Positions 1 through 6,784 of a stretch of 12,825 nt of DNA are shown here, piece by piece; the stretch's first letter is position 1, and every line of letters begins with the position of its first letter. Source of the DNA: Candidatus Hydrothermarchaeales archaeon (GTDB taxonomy: Archaea; Hydrothermarchaeota; Hydrothermarchaeia; Hydrothermarchaeales; JAZGAD01); the NCBI GenBank assembly GCA_036444275.1, contig JAZGAD010000026.1, positions 1 to 12,825 on the forward strand. The letters are read 5' to 3'. The notes under the pieces were generated by a model, which did no database searches, was not told the DNA's origin, and saw only the letters and a program-made list of their open reading frames with translations. The translations under genes were made by a program, and so were the position numbers.

Positions 1-110
1 GCACTGGTATAGAACTCTGCGAATAATAGATCGCAGGAGCGGGCTTCCTCCAAGCCCTTCAGGGTGAGGTCCCTCTCGTCATTCAGCCCTAAGCCCACGA
101 AGACGAGCAT
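1..110 (-). CDS. dph5: Diphthine synthase (diphthamide biosynthesis methyltransferase), 5' part; continues off the left edge
   Basis: Manual translation from ATG at 110: [36 protein letters not shown], matching the Dph5 N-terminus (GLGLxDxxDxTxKGLE...EFYTS). Not in the supplied ORF track. Confidence 0.93.
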   Translation of the reverse strand, partial: MLVFVGLGLNDERDLTLKGLEEARSCDLLFAEFYTS

Positions 111-148
111 AGAATGATTTATGACTGCGAGACTTTAAAAATTTGTAT
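111..148. promoter_or_regulatory. Compact bidirectional promoter for dph5 and trm5, probably leaderless
   Basis: Only 38 bp between the two ATGs (110 and 149). TATA-like TTTATGA at 118-124 (+) and TTTTTAAA at 134-141 (-) each lie about 25-30 nt upstream of the respective ATG; no SD motifs. Confidence 0.55.
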
Positions 149-1150
149 ATGGCTGAAGGGGTTAGAATCAGAAGTGCAGATGCCGAGAAGGTTAAGAGAG
201 AACTCTTGAAGCGGAAAGTACTCGATAAAACGAAGAAGCCTAGGAGGGAGAAGGGCTATGTCATATTTCCAGTTACTGAGAGGATAAAAGATTTTGAAAC
301 CGTAGTTACTACCTTTGAGACGCAGAAGTTGAAGAAATTCGAGGACCATCTAACGGAATTTCTCTCCCCTGAAGAGGCAGACCAGGTTCGCACATCCTTT
401 GACATAGTTGGAGATATCGCCATAATAGAGATACCAGACGAGCTACAGGCGAAGGAAGTCGGGATTGCTGAAAGCCTTATAGCAGCTCACAAGAATATCA
501 AGACAGTTTTCAAGAAGACCGGCGAGGTAAAGGGCAGGGAGCGCTTGAGGGGGTTGAAATTCCTAGCCGGCGAGGAGAAAACAGAAGCAATTCATAGGGA
601 GCACGGCTGCAGGTTCAAAGTAGATGTAACTAGGGTATACTTCTCCCCGAGGCTGAGCTATGAGAGGCAGCGTATACTAGAGCAGACTAAAGACGGCGAG
701 GTCATCATCGATCTATTTGCTGGAGTCGGTCCCTTCTCTATAATCCTAGCGAAACACCGGGATGTAAAGGTGTATGCAATTGATATAAATCCCAAGTGTT
801 ATGAATATCTCCAAGAGAACATAAAATTGAATAAAGTAGGGGACAAGGTTACTCCCCTGTTGGGGGACTGCCGGGAGGTTGCACCTAAAAATGTTGCCAC
901 GAGGGTTATAATGAACCTGCCGAAGAGCTCTGAAGAATTCCTTGATTTAGCCTTTGACGTCCTCAAAGAGGGAATCATTCATTTCTATTCGATTTCGCCA
1001 GAAAGAGACCTATTTGATTCGAAAATAAAGATGATTGGGAGTGTTGCAAGGGATGAGGGAAGAAAGGTAGAGATCGTAGGCAAACGCGTGGTACGCCCAT
1101 ATGCGCCGCGGAGGCATCATGTTGCTATAGACGTGAGAATACGAAAATAA
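149..1150 (+). CDS. trm5: tRNA (guanine37-N1)-methyltransferase, Trm5/Met-10+ family, probably Trm5b-type
   Basis: N-terminal D1 domain, SFDIVGDIAI, HREHGCRFKVD..VYFSPRL..ER, SAM motif DLFAGVGPF, AIDINP, and MNLPK. ATG at 149 preferred over TTG at 143. Confidence 0.92.
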   Translation: MAEGVRIRSADAEKVKRELLKRKVLDKTKKPRREKGYVIFPVTERIKDFETVVTTFETQKLKKFEDHLTEFLSPEEADQVRTSFDIVGDIAIIEIPDELQAKEVGIAESLIAAHKNIKTVFKKTGEVKGRERLRGLKFLAGEEKTEAIHREHGCRFKVDVTRVYFSPRLSYERQRILEQTKDGEVIIDLFAGVGPFSIILAKHRDVKVYAIDINPKCYEYLQENIKLNKVGDKVTPLLGDCREVAPKNVATRVIMNLPKSSEEFLDLAFDVLKEGIIHFYSISPERDLFDSKIKMIGSVARDEGRKVEIVGKRVVRPYAPRRHHVAIDVRIRK

Positions 1151-1173
1151 AATATTATTTCTGCTTGGGGGTT

Positions 1174-1581
1174 TCAAGCAAATTTGACATCCTTTATCTT
1201 CTTTTTGATCTCTTCGTCATAGGTCTTGAATGGTACTCCCAGCTCATATGCCAATTGTATTGCTATAGCGTCCATCCCTTTGATCCCACTACTTATCGCT
1301 ATCTCCTGGGCATCTTTCATCCTCTTCTCGGTGAGATCGTAGACTTTGATTTTACCTTCGCTAGTCCAGTCTCTCAGGATGTCTCTTGCTTCCGATGCTT
1401 CTTTTCGTCCTATCCTCCTGCCCATTGCTCCACAGACTTCTACTGGAACGATCCTTGAGACGTGAGCTCGGATCTCTTTGGAATCCATCGCCTCAATGAA
1501 TGCTTCCGCGTCATCGTGGAACTCGTCTTTTTTGACTAGCGACGCTAAGAAAACGTTTGTATCCAAGACGATTTCCATCAC
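1174..1581 (-). CDS. vapC: PIN-domain ribonuclease toxin (VapC family)
   Basis: IVLDTNVF, PVEV, GMDAIAIQLA and TYD supply the PIN acidic tetrad. 135 aa; start (GTG 1581 or ATG 1578) overlaps the upstream antitoxin stop; SD GGAGGA at 1591-1596 (-). Confidence 0.9.
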   Translation of the reverse strand: MMEIVLDTNVFLASLVKKDEFHDDAEAFIEAMDSKEIRAHVSRIVPVEVCGAMGRRIGRKEASEARDILRDWTSEGKIKVYDLTEKRMKDAQEIAISSGIKGMDAIAIQLAYELGVPFKTYDEEIKKKIKDVKFA

Positions 1582-1814
1582 TTCGTTCTATCCTCCTTTA
1601 ATGCGGATACAGTGGATATGTCGGCTGGCCATTTCTTGCTCACCGTCTCGCTCAAGCTCTCCCATCTTTTCATTGGCCTTTTTATGGGTTTTATAAGTAT
1701 CCCCTCCTCTGTTGGCAGTTCTTCAACTAGAGCCCCCACCGTAATGCTATATCTTTCCCTCAATTTTTTCTTTAGGGTAACCTGCCCTTTTTGCCCAACT
1801 ATTACATATGCCAT
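1578..1814 (-). CDS. vapB: AbrB/MazE/SpoVT-family antitoxin (VapB)
   Basis: VGQKGQVTLKKKLRERYSITVG...EEGILIKP is the AbrB swapped-hairpin signature. 78 aa; SD GGAGGT at 1820-1825 (-); coupled to the PIN gene. Confidence 0.88.
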   Translation of the reverse strand: MAYVIVGQKGQVTLKKKLRERYSITVGALVEELPTEEGILIKPIKRPMKRWESLSETVSKKWPADISTVSALKEDRTK

Positions 1815-1976
1815 ACTTTACCTCCAGTAATACCAATTATATATTCATACTTAATAAAATTTCTAACTTCAATAGAATTATTTGTAGAAATAATCTATAA
1901 TCGTGATTAGTTCGATATTTTAAGAGGTAAGTGGTGAGGGGGAATGCCCGTCCTTTTGCTGGCGGCTACGGTATAG

Positions 1977-2537
1977 CTATTTTTTCCTTTCTCTTTCTCT
2001 CTCTTTTTTGCTGTAGATGCAGCCACAGTAGTCCTGCCTGTACAAGCCATGCTTCTTGCTGAGCTCCACACTGTGCTTGAAACCGTTTTTCTTCTTGAAG
2101 TCAGCCGGGTAAAAACTGACACCATGCTTACCTACGAGTTCTTCTCCGATGGTGTTTATTACCTGCGCATCCTTATGGGGACTTATGGTTAGCGTAGTAG
2201 CAAAGCAATCGAAGCCTTTCTCCCTTGCTAGTCTCGCGGTTTCATCCAGCCTTAAGCGATAGCAGATAGGGCATCGAGCCCCTCCTTCGGGTTCTTCTTC
2301 AAAGCCCGTAGTGGCATCGAACCACACCTCCGGATCATATTTACATTTTTCTAGTTGAACTCCTATTTCCTTCGAGAGCCTTTTCATCTCTTCCAACCGC
2401 GTTGAGTATTCTCTTTCTGGATGAATGTTGGGGTTGTAAAAATAGACGGTAACACGGTAATTTTTCTTCAACTCTTGGACCACATGGGTAGAGCAGGGCG
2501 CACAGCAGACATGGAGCAAGAGGTTTGAATTTTGCAT
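1977..2537 (-). CDS. queH: Epoxyqueuosine reductase QueH family (DUF208) Fe-S protein
   Basis: LLLHVCCAPCS, FYNPNIHPEREY, EPEGGARCPICYRLRL, FATTLTISPHK, DFKKKNGF, LYRQDYCGCIYS: the complete DUF208 motif set. Confidence 0.92.
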   Translation of the reverse strand: MQNSNLLLHVCCAPCSTHVVQELKKNYRVTVYFYNPNIHPEREYSTRLEEMKRLSKEIGVQLEKCKYDPEVWFDATTGFEEEPEGGARCPICYRLRLDETARLAREKGFDCFATTLTISPHKDAQVINTIGEELVGKHGVSFYPADFKKKNGFKHSVELSKKHGLYRQDYCGCIYSKKERERERKK

Positions 2538-2542
2538 TGTTT

Positions 2543-2650
2543 TTAAATTATTATGGACGAGGGTATATGTCTATTGTCGAATTCCCGGTCCTTCCCGACC
2601 CAGATTTCGTACTCTTCCAGTACGATCTTCTTAGGCTTTGCGATCATCAT
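2543..2650 (-). CDS. Possible 35-aa small ORF or gene remnant directly upstream of queH
   Basis: MMIAKPKKIVLEEYEIWVGKDREFDNRHIPSSIII*; protein-like composition; stop lies 5 nt before the queH ATG. No recognisable family. Confidence 0.25.
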   Translation of the reverse strand: MMIAKPKKIVLEEYEIWVGKDREFDNRHIPSSIII

Positions 2651-2750
2651 ACTCTTGCCTGCTTTTCTTTATACCTAACTGTGCCCGCATTTATTAGAAA
2701 CTTTTGCAGCGGGCAATAGTATTATTTGAAGAATCATTGCAGGAGTTAAG

Positions 2751-2773
2751 TTTATGTATCATCATACGATACA
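2751..2773 (+). promoter_or_regulatory. TATA box overlapped by an inverted repeat (putative autoregulatory operator)
   Basis: TTTATGTA at 2751-2758, about 25 nt before ATG 2783; TGTATC-N7-GATACA at 2755-2773. Confidence 0.6.
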
Positions 2774-2782
2774 CTTCTCTAT

Positions 2783-3127
2783 ATGCAGAAGGCAGAGAGA
2801 ATCCTCAGCGACACAATTCTGCTTTCGGAGATAGAGGTAGTCGACATTGATGTCTGGAGGGTTCCAGTGTCAAAGGAGTATCCGAAGGGGATCCGGTATT
2901 CCTACAACTACCGTCTGTACGTGGATGAAAGGTGGGTCGATGTGGTCAGGTGGGATAACTATCACGGTGCAAGACCCCACAAGGATACAAGGGATCCGGA
3001 GACAGGTAGGAAGAAGAGAGAGCCTGATAGGTTCAGAACCCCGGATGAGGTCATGGATGTGATTTACTCGATGAGGGATGAAATAAAGGCAAAGTGGAAG
3101 GTGATGAAATGGAAAAAGAAGTCTTGA
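2783..3127 (+). CDS. DUF6516 / TumE-like putative toxin
   Basis: VWRVPVSKEYPKGIRYSYNY...VVRWDNYHG..PHKD matches the DUF6516 pattern (W.VP....P.G.KY....RYDN.H...H.H); overlaps a downstream HTH gene. Confidence 0.72.
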   Translation: MQKAERILSDTILLSEIEVVDIDVWRVPVSKEYPKGIRYSYNYRLYVDERWVDVVRWDNYHGARPHKDTRDPETGRKKREPDRFRTPDEVMDVIYSMRDEIKAKWKVMKWKKKS

Positions 3128-3480
3128 AGGGTGTCCTCAAAGAGAGGTATGAGGTAGCTTTAGAGGGTGAGAGGTTCCCCAGGACTCTGATACTGAAAAA
3201 GGAACTTGCTCCCAAGATATTCACGCCCAAGAGGATGGAGTTGCTTGAGTCGATCCTGCGGCAGGAACCCTCTTCAGTTAGTGAGCTGGCTGAAAACTTG
3301 GGTAGGGCCAGGGAAAACGTGATTCGAGATCTGCACTATTTGGAGGGCTTGAATCTGGTCAGCTATAAGAAGAAAATGGCCAAGAAGGCGCCGAGGGTTA
3401 ACGTCGACTTGATATTGATACCCTTAGAGACCACCACCCTAACCGACTATCTAAAAGCAGAAGCGAAAGCAGAGGCGTAA
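3109..3480 (+). CDS. Winged-HTH DNA-binding protein, HVO_A0114-like; putative antitoxin
   Basis: IFTPKRMELLESI..QEPSSVSELAENLGRARENVIRDLHYLEGLNLV....K.P. ATG 3109 preferred (GGTGA SD at 3100-3104); overlaps the upstream gene by 19 nt. Confidence 0.8.
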   Translation: MEKEVLKGVLKERYEVALEGERFPRTLILKKELAPKIFTPKRMELLESILRQEPSSVSELAENLGRARENVIRDLHYLEGLNLVSYKKKMAKKAPRVNVDLILIPLETTTLTDYLKAEAKAEA

Positions 3481-3788
3481 GATCACCTCTGTTGGAACAA
3501 TGAGATATCACTGTCGGTCTGGGTAGTCATTGTTTTTTACGGGTAAACAGGTAAAAATGGGTCCAAGTCCCTCATTTATGTTCATATATCTAGTTATTCT
3601 AAAATAGTAGTTACTTGTCAAGAAAAAGTCCAAATCCAGATGGGACTGCTTGTCTATTTCGACGAAGCAAACTGGGGAGAACGACTGCAGAGGGGGAATC
3701 CAGTTATCCTCATGATTGCCTCCGGCTATATCTTTGCTATAAAGAGTCCTGCAAAGACAGGAAGACAGGATATAACGGCTAGGGATTA

Positions 3789-3868
3789 CTTCGAATAAAT
3801 TCGAAGCTTAAGAAAAGATTATATACTCTTTCTCTACTTATATTTAGTGTAATTTGTGAATTGGAGGT
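3789..3868 (+). promoter_or_regulatory. Perfect palindrome, BRE/TATA and SD upstream of the 728-aa gene
   Basis: CTTCGAAT-AA-ATTCGAAG at 3789-3806; purine-rich BRE AGAAAAG at 3811-3817; ATTATATA at 3818-3825; SD GGAGGT at 3863-3868. Confidence 0.7.
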
Positions 3869-3874
3869 AAAAAA

Positions 3875-6061
3875 ATGCGTTATGGGTGGATTTTCCTTGT
3901 ATTGGTTGCGCTTGCATTAGCAATTCCTGCGTCGGCCTTACAAATAATTACTGATGGCACGACGATAATCATCGGAAATGAGACCTGGCCGAAGGAAGGC
4001 TATTACACCGTTGAACATCTGTCCGTAACTGGGGTGCTTGGCCCTGACGGGCTAATAGATTTTTCTGGAGATGTAAACGTTCGGGGCGCAGAGGTGGCAG
4101 TATCTCTATTTTTCAACGTTGAGGATATTGGTGTCGCATCATTATTCGTGGACGGTGAGGCTGCTCAGATATTTTTCACGCCTGATAAGGGATATTTCTT
4201 CGTTGCGGACGAAGGGCAACATAGCATAAAGGGAACAGCGAAAGTCAGGGAAAAAAGCCTTCAAGAGAATAGAGTGCCCCTAGGCATCATGGGCCCTGTT
4301 ATTGTAGTGGATATGGACCTAGAGATAAGGGGTGCTGATGACAAGTACATTCATATATCGTCACCAGTGGAGGGAACTAAGACCGCTGAATTGGGGAGCA
4401 CACGCTATCAAGGAGAGTTTTACGGAGTCGCCAATAAGACCCTAGTCATTGAGTGGCAGGAAAAGGGGTATAAGCCCGAGGAGGCTCCCACCATACCAAA
4501 GATCTTCACCCGGACGGTGAGTCAGGTTCACTTCACCGAAACAGAGGTTCTCTCAGACAGCCACGTAGTATATGATAGCTATAACCAAGAGATTACATCA
4601 CTCAGAATTCGAATCATAGGAGATATCCTATCTGTTTCATCCAAGACTGAAATCCAGTGGGAGACCGTCGTAGAAGATGGGAAGACGGTGCTGGTAGTTA
4701 CTCCAGTGGAAGCCGTGACCCACATCGAAATAGACATCAAAACCCAACTTACGCCAGGGGATTATCCAACTTCCTTCAGGATCGACTACCCAGTGGTTGC
4801 AGACGATGTGACCTCGCAGGACTGCTACTTCGTGGTTTCTTCTGATCCAGAGATATCTGTGAAGACGACTCCCCACGAATTCAGGGAGACCATCTTAAAC
4901 GAGGTTCCTTATGTAGTGGAGAAAAAGCTGAAGGCCATCGCATTCAAAGGGGTTCCAACCGGCTACTTCGACTTCGAGGTTCAAAAACTCGAGATAATGC
5001 CCGTGATAACAGCCTCTGCTGACTACGGCAGATACACACACGTAGTCCTTGAGGATGGCGGTATCCTCTCTGATGTAACCTGGCAGGTGAAGAATACTGC
5101 AGAGGAATACATGTTCGTCAAGCTGCCAGAGGAATCCACCCTTTTCTACGTAGGCATAGATGGAAAATCAGTGAAGCCTACTAAGAGTGAGGGAGAGCTG
5201 GCAATACCATTGAAAAGGTCACAGAGGACCTATCCCATAGAAGTCATATATTATAATCCAAATGAAGTTGGATTCGCTGGCCGAGCCGAGCTACCCCTAC
5301 CCACTACCGGTATTCCCATAAGCAACTTAGAGATCGGCGGCTATATCCCGCGGGATACCTATTTCCTGGGTGCGGAAACCAACCTGCACACCAACACCCA
5401 GAGCGATTTTCCTGAGTGGAGGAGTATGGTAATGTTCTTAGTCTTCCTGTTGATCATCTCCTACTTCTTCGCTCATGTAGCCGTCAAGGAGGAGCATCGA
5501 AAGAGATTCGCTGGACTGGCCACTGTTTTCTTGTACTTCCTGAATATTTTCCATGCAGGCCTCTTCGCAATTCTCGTAGTGTTTGCCTTGGGTTATTCCA
5601 TGAAACAATATCTCAGCATCAAGAGGGGAGAAGTGAAGTGGGTACTCGCTGCAGCTGCTGTGGTCCTGATAATACTGGTAGTGATATACGCTTTAGGGTC
5701 GATAAGTAGGAGTGCTGGGGCACGTCTAGAATATGCCCAGGCGCCTGCGATGGAGCAAGAAGTGGCATCGCTAGCAATCATGGAGGAGAAATTAGCTAAG
5801 GAACCTAGCTCTACGCCAGCGCCTACTGTGCCGACCAAGAAGGGCGTAGAGGGGGTGAGACTCCTGGTGCCTACGACAGGGAGATATGTATCCTTTTCGG
5901 CCCAGTTCGAGACTCTGGACAAGACGCCTAGCATAAGGATATATCATATCAATAAGGATATCATTTACCTTCATTACCTGCTTGCCATCTTTCTGGGCTA
6001 CCTGGCCTACATTAGATTCCTGTCTTGGAGACAGGTAGCTGCTCGTGTGAGTGAGGACTAA
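3875..6061 (+). CDS. Uncharacterised multi-pass membrane protein with signal peptide and large beta-rich extracellular region
   Basis: Signal peptide MRYGWIFLVLVALALAIPASA; about 490 aa rich in V/I/T/E; 3-4 TM segments (WRSMVMFLVFLL..., FAGLATVFLYF..., WVLAAAAVVLII...); Ala/Pro/Glu linker; short soluble segment (GVEGVRLLVPTTGRYVSF); final TM. Strong SD. Confidence 0.85.
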   Translation: MRYGWIFLVLVALALAIPASALQIITDGTTIIIGNETWPKEGYYTVEHLSVTGVLGPDGLIDFSGDVNVRGAEVAVSLFFNVEDIGVASLFVDGEAAQIFFTPDKGYFFVADEGQHSIKGTAKVREKSLQENRVPLGIMGPVIVVDMDLEIRGADDKYIHISSPVEGTKTAELGSTRYQGEFYGVANKTLVIEWQEKGYKPEEAPTIPKIFTRTVSQVHFTETEVLSDSHVVYDSYNQEITSLRIRIIGDILSVSSKTEIQWETVVEDGKTVLVVTPVEAVTHIEIDIKTQLTPGDYPTSFRIDYPVVADDVTSQDCYFVVSSDPEISVKTTPHEFRETILNEVPYVVEKKLKAIAFKGVPTGYFDFEVQKLEIMPVITASADYGRYTHVVLEDGGILSDVTWQVKNTAEEYMFVKLPEESTLFYVGIDGKSVKPTKSEGELAIPLKRSQRTYPIEVIYYNPNEVGFAGRAELPLPTTGIPISNLEIGGYIPRDTYFLGAETNLHTNTQSDFPEWRSMVMFLVFLLIISYFFAHVAVKEEHRKRFAGLATVFLYFLNIFHAGLFAILVVFALGYSMKQYLSIKRGEVKWVLAAAAVVLIILVVIYALGSISRSAGARLEYAQAPAMEQEVASLAIMEEKLAKEPSSTPAPTVPTKKGVEGVRLLVPTTGRYVSFSAQFETLDKTPSIRIYHINKDIIYLHYLLAIFLGYLAYIRFLSWRQVAARVSED

Positions 6062-6062
6062 G

Positions 6063-6734
6063 ATGGATGAATCATCGAGGGAGGAGAAGCTACTCATCCT
6101 GCCCTTGAATGACAAGTATTCCAAGAGGATATCCAGGGTGCTGGCTAATGATACCTCGCGGAAGATACTTGAGGCTCTTTGTGAAGAAGCATTGACGGCC
6201 ACTGAGATCTCTGAGAAGCTGGACTTGCCGCTCACTACCTTGCACTACAATATCGAGAACTTGATGGAAGCGGGCTTGATTAAAGTAGCTAGGACGAGGT
6301 ACAGCGAGAAGGGCAGGGAAGTTAAGTATTATGAGCCAACGAGGAAATTCATAGTCATCGCACCAGGGGACATAGGGGAAGAAGAGGTCAGGAGCACCCT
6401 TAAAAAGGTCTTATTTGGGGTATATTTCCTCTTTGCAAGCGCTGTCTCGGGTTATGCTTTTCAGAGGATATACTACTACTTCTGGAGGATGGAAGCTGCT
6501 GCGCCTATGGTGATGAGGGCGGCGGCGGAAGCTGAGAAGTTACCGATGGAAGGGGCACCAGCTGCGCCCCTGATGCTAACTCCAGCACCAAGCCCAACTA
6601 TGGAAGCTGTTCCCAGAGCCGTTGAAAGAGTAGGACCAAATCTTGTTATATGGTTCGTCTTTGGGGCTGTATTTGCTTTGGTCTTGCTCTTTGTATGGCG
6701 AAAGATAGGAATGAAATGGAAGACTGAGGCCTAA
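6063..6734 (+). CDS. Membrane-anchored ArsR-family winged-HTH transcription regulator
   Basis: ISRVLANDTSRKILEAL..EALTATEISEKLDLPLTTLHYNIENLMEAGLIKV....SEKGREVKYY, then TM1 (VLFGVYFLFASAVSGYAF), an Ala/Pro/Met linker and TM2 (LVIWFVFGAVFALVLLFVW-RK). ATG 6063 lies 1 nt after the upstream stop; GTGAGG SD at 6051-6056. Confidence 0.88.
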   Translation: MDESSREEKLLILPLNDKYSKRISRVLANDTSRKILEALCEEALTATEISEKLDLPLTTLHYNIENLMEAGLIKVARTRYSEKGREVKYYEPTRKFIVIAPGDIGEEEVRSTLKKVLFGVYFLFASAVSGYAFQRIYYYFWRMEAAAPMVMRAAAEAEKLPMEGAPAAPLMLTPAPSPTMEAVPRAVERVGPNLVIWFVFGAVFALVLLFVWRKIGMKWKTEA

Positions 6735-6784
6735 AATCATTATCTAATTATTGTACAGCGATATTTGACTTTGGAGAACAAGAA

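Noticed and set aside
149-1150. Trm5a/Taw22 or Taw2 (wyosine pathway) assignment
   Set aside because: The NLPK motif and intact D1 domain fit plain m1G37 Trm5b better; a phylogeny would be needed to exclude it fully.
1931-1976. Possible SECIS element downstream of queH
   Set aside because: queH has no in-frame TGA, and the archaeal SECIS GAA/A core is not evident.
3718-3725. GCCTCCGG matches the tRNA-Thr 3' end (8491-8498), a possible att site
   Set aside because: Only 8 bp, does not extend, and no integrase is present; compatible with chance.
3640-3798. 52-aa ORF MGLLVYFDEANWGERLQRGNPV...DYFE on the + strand
   Set aside because: No clear SD or family motif, and its end runs into the palindrome. 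It could be a remnant but is unsupported.
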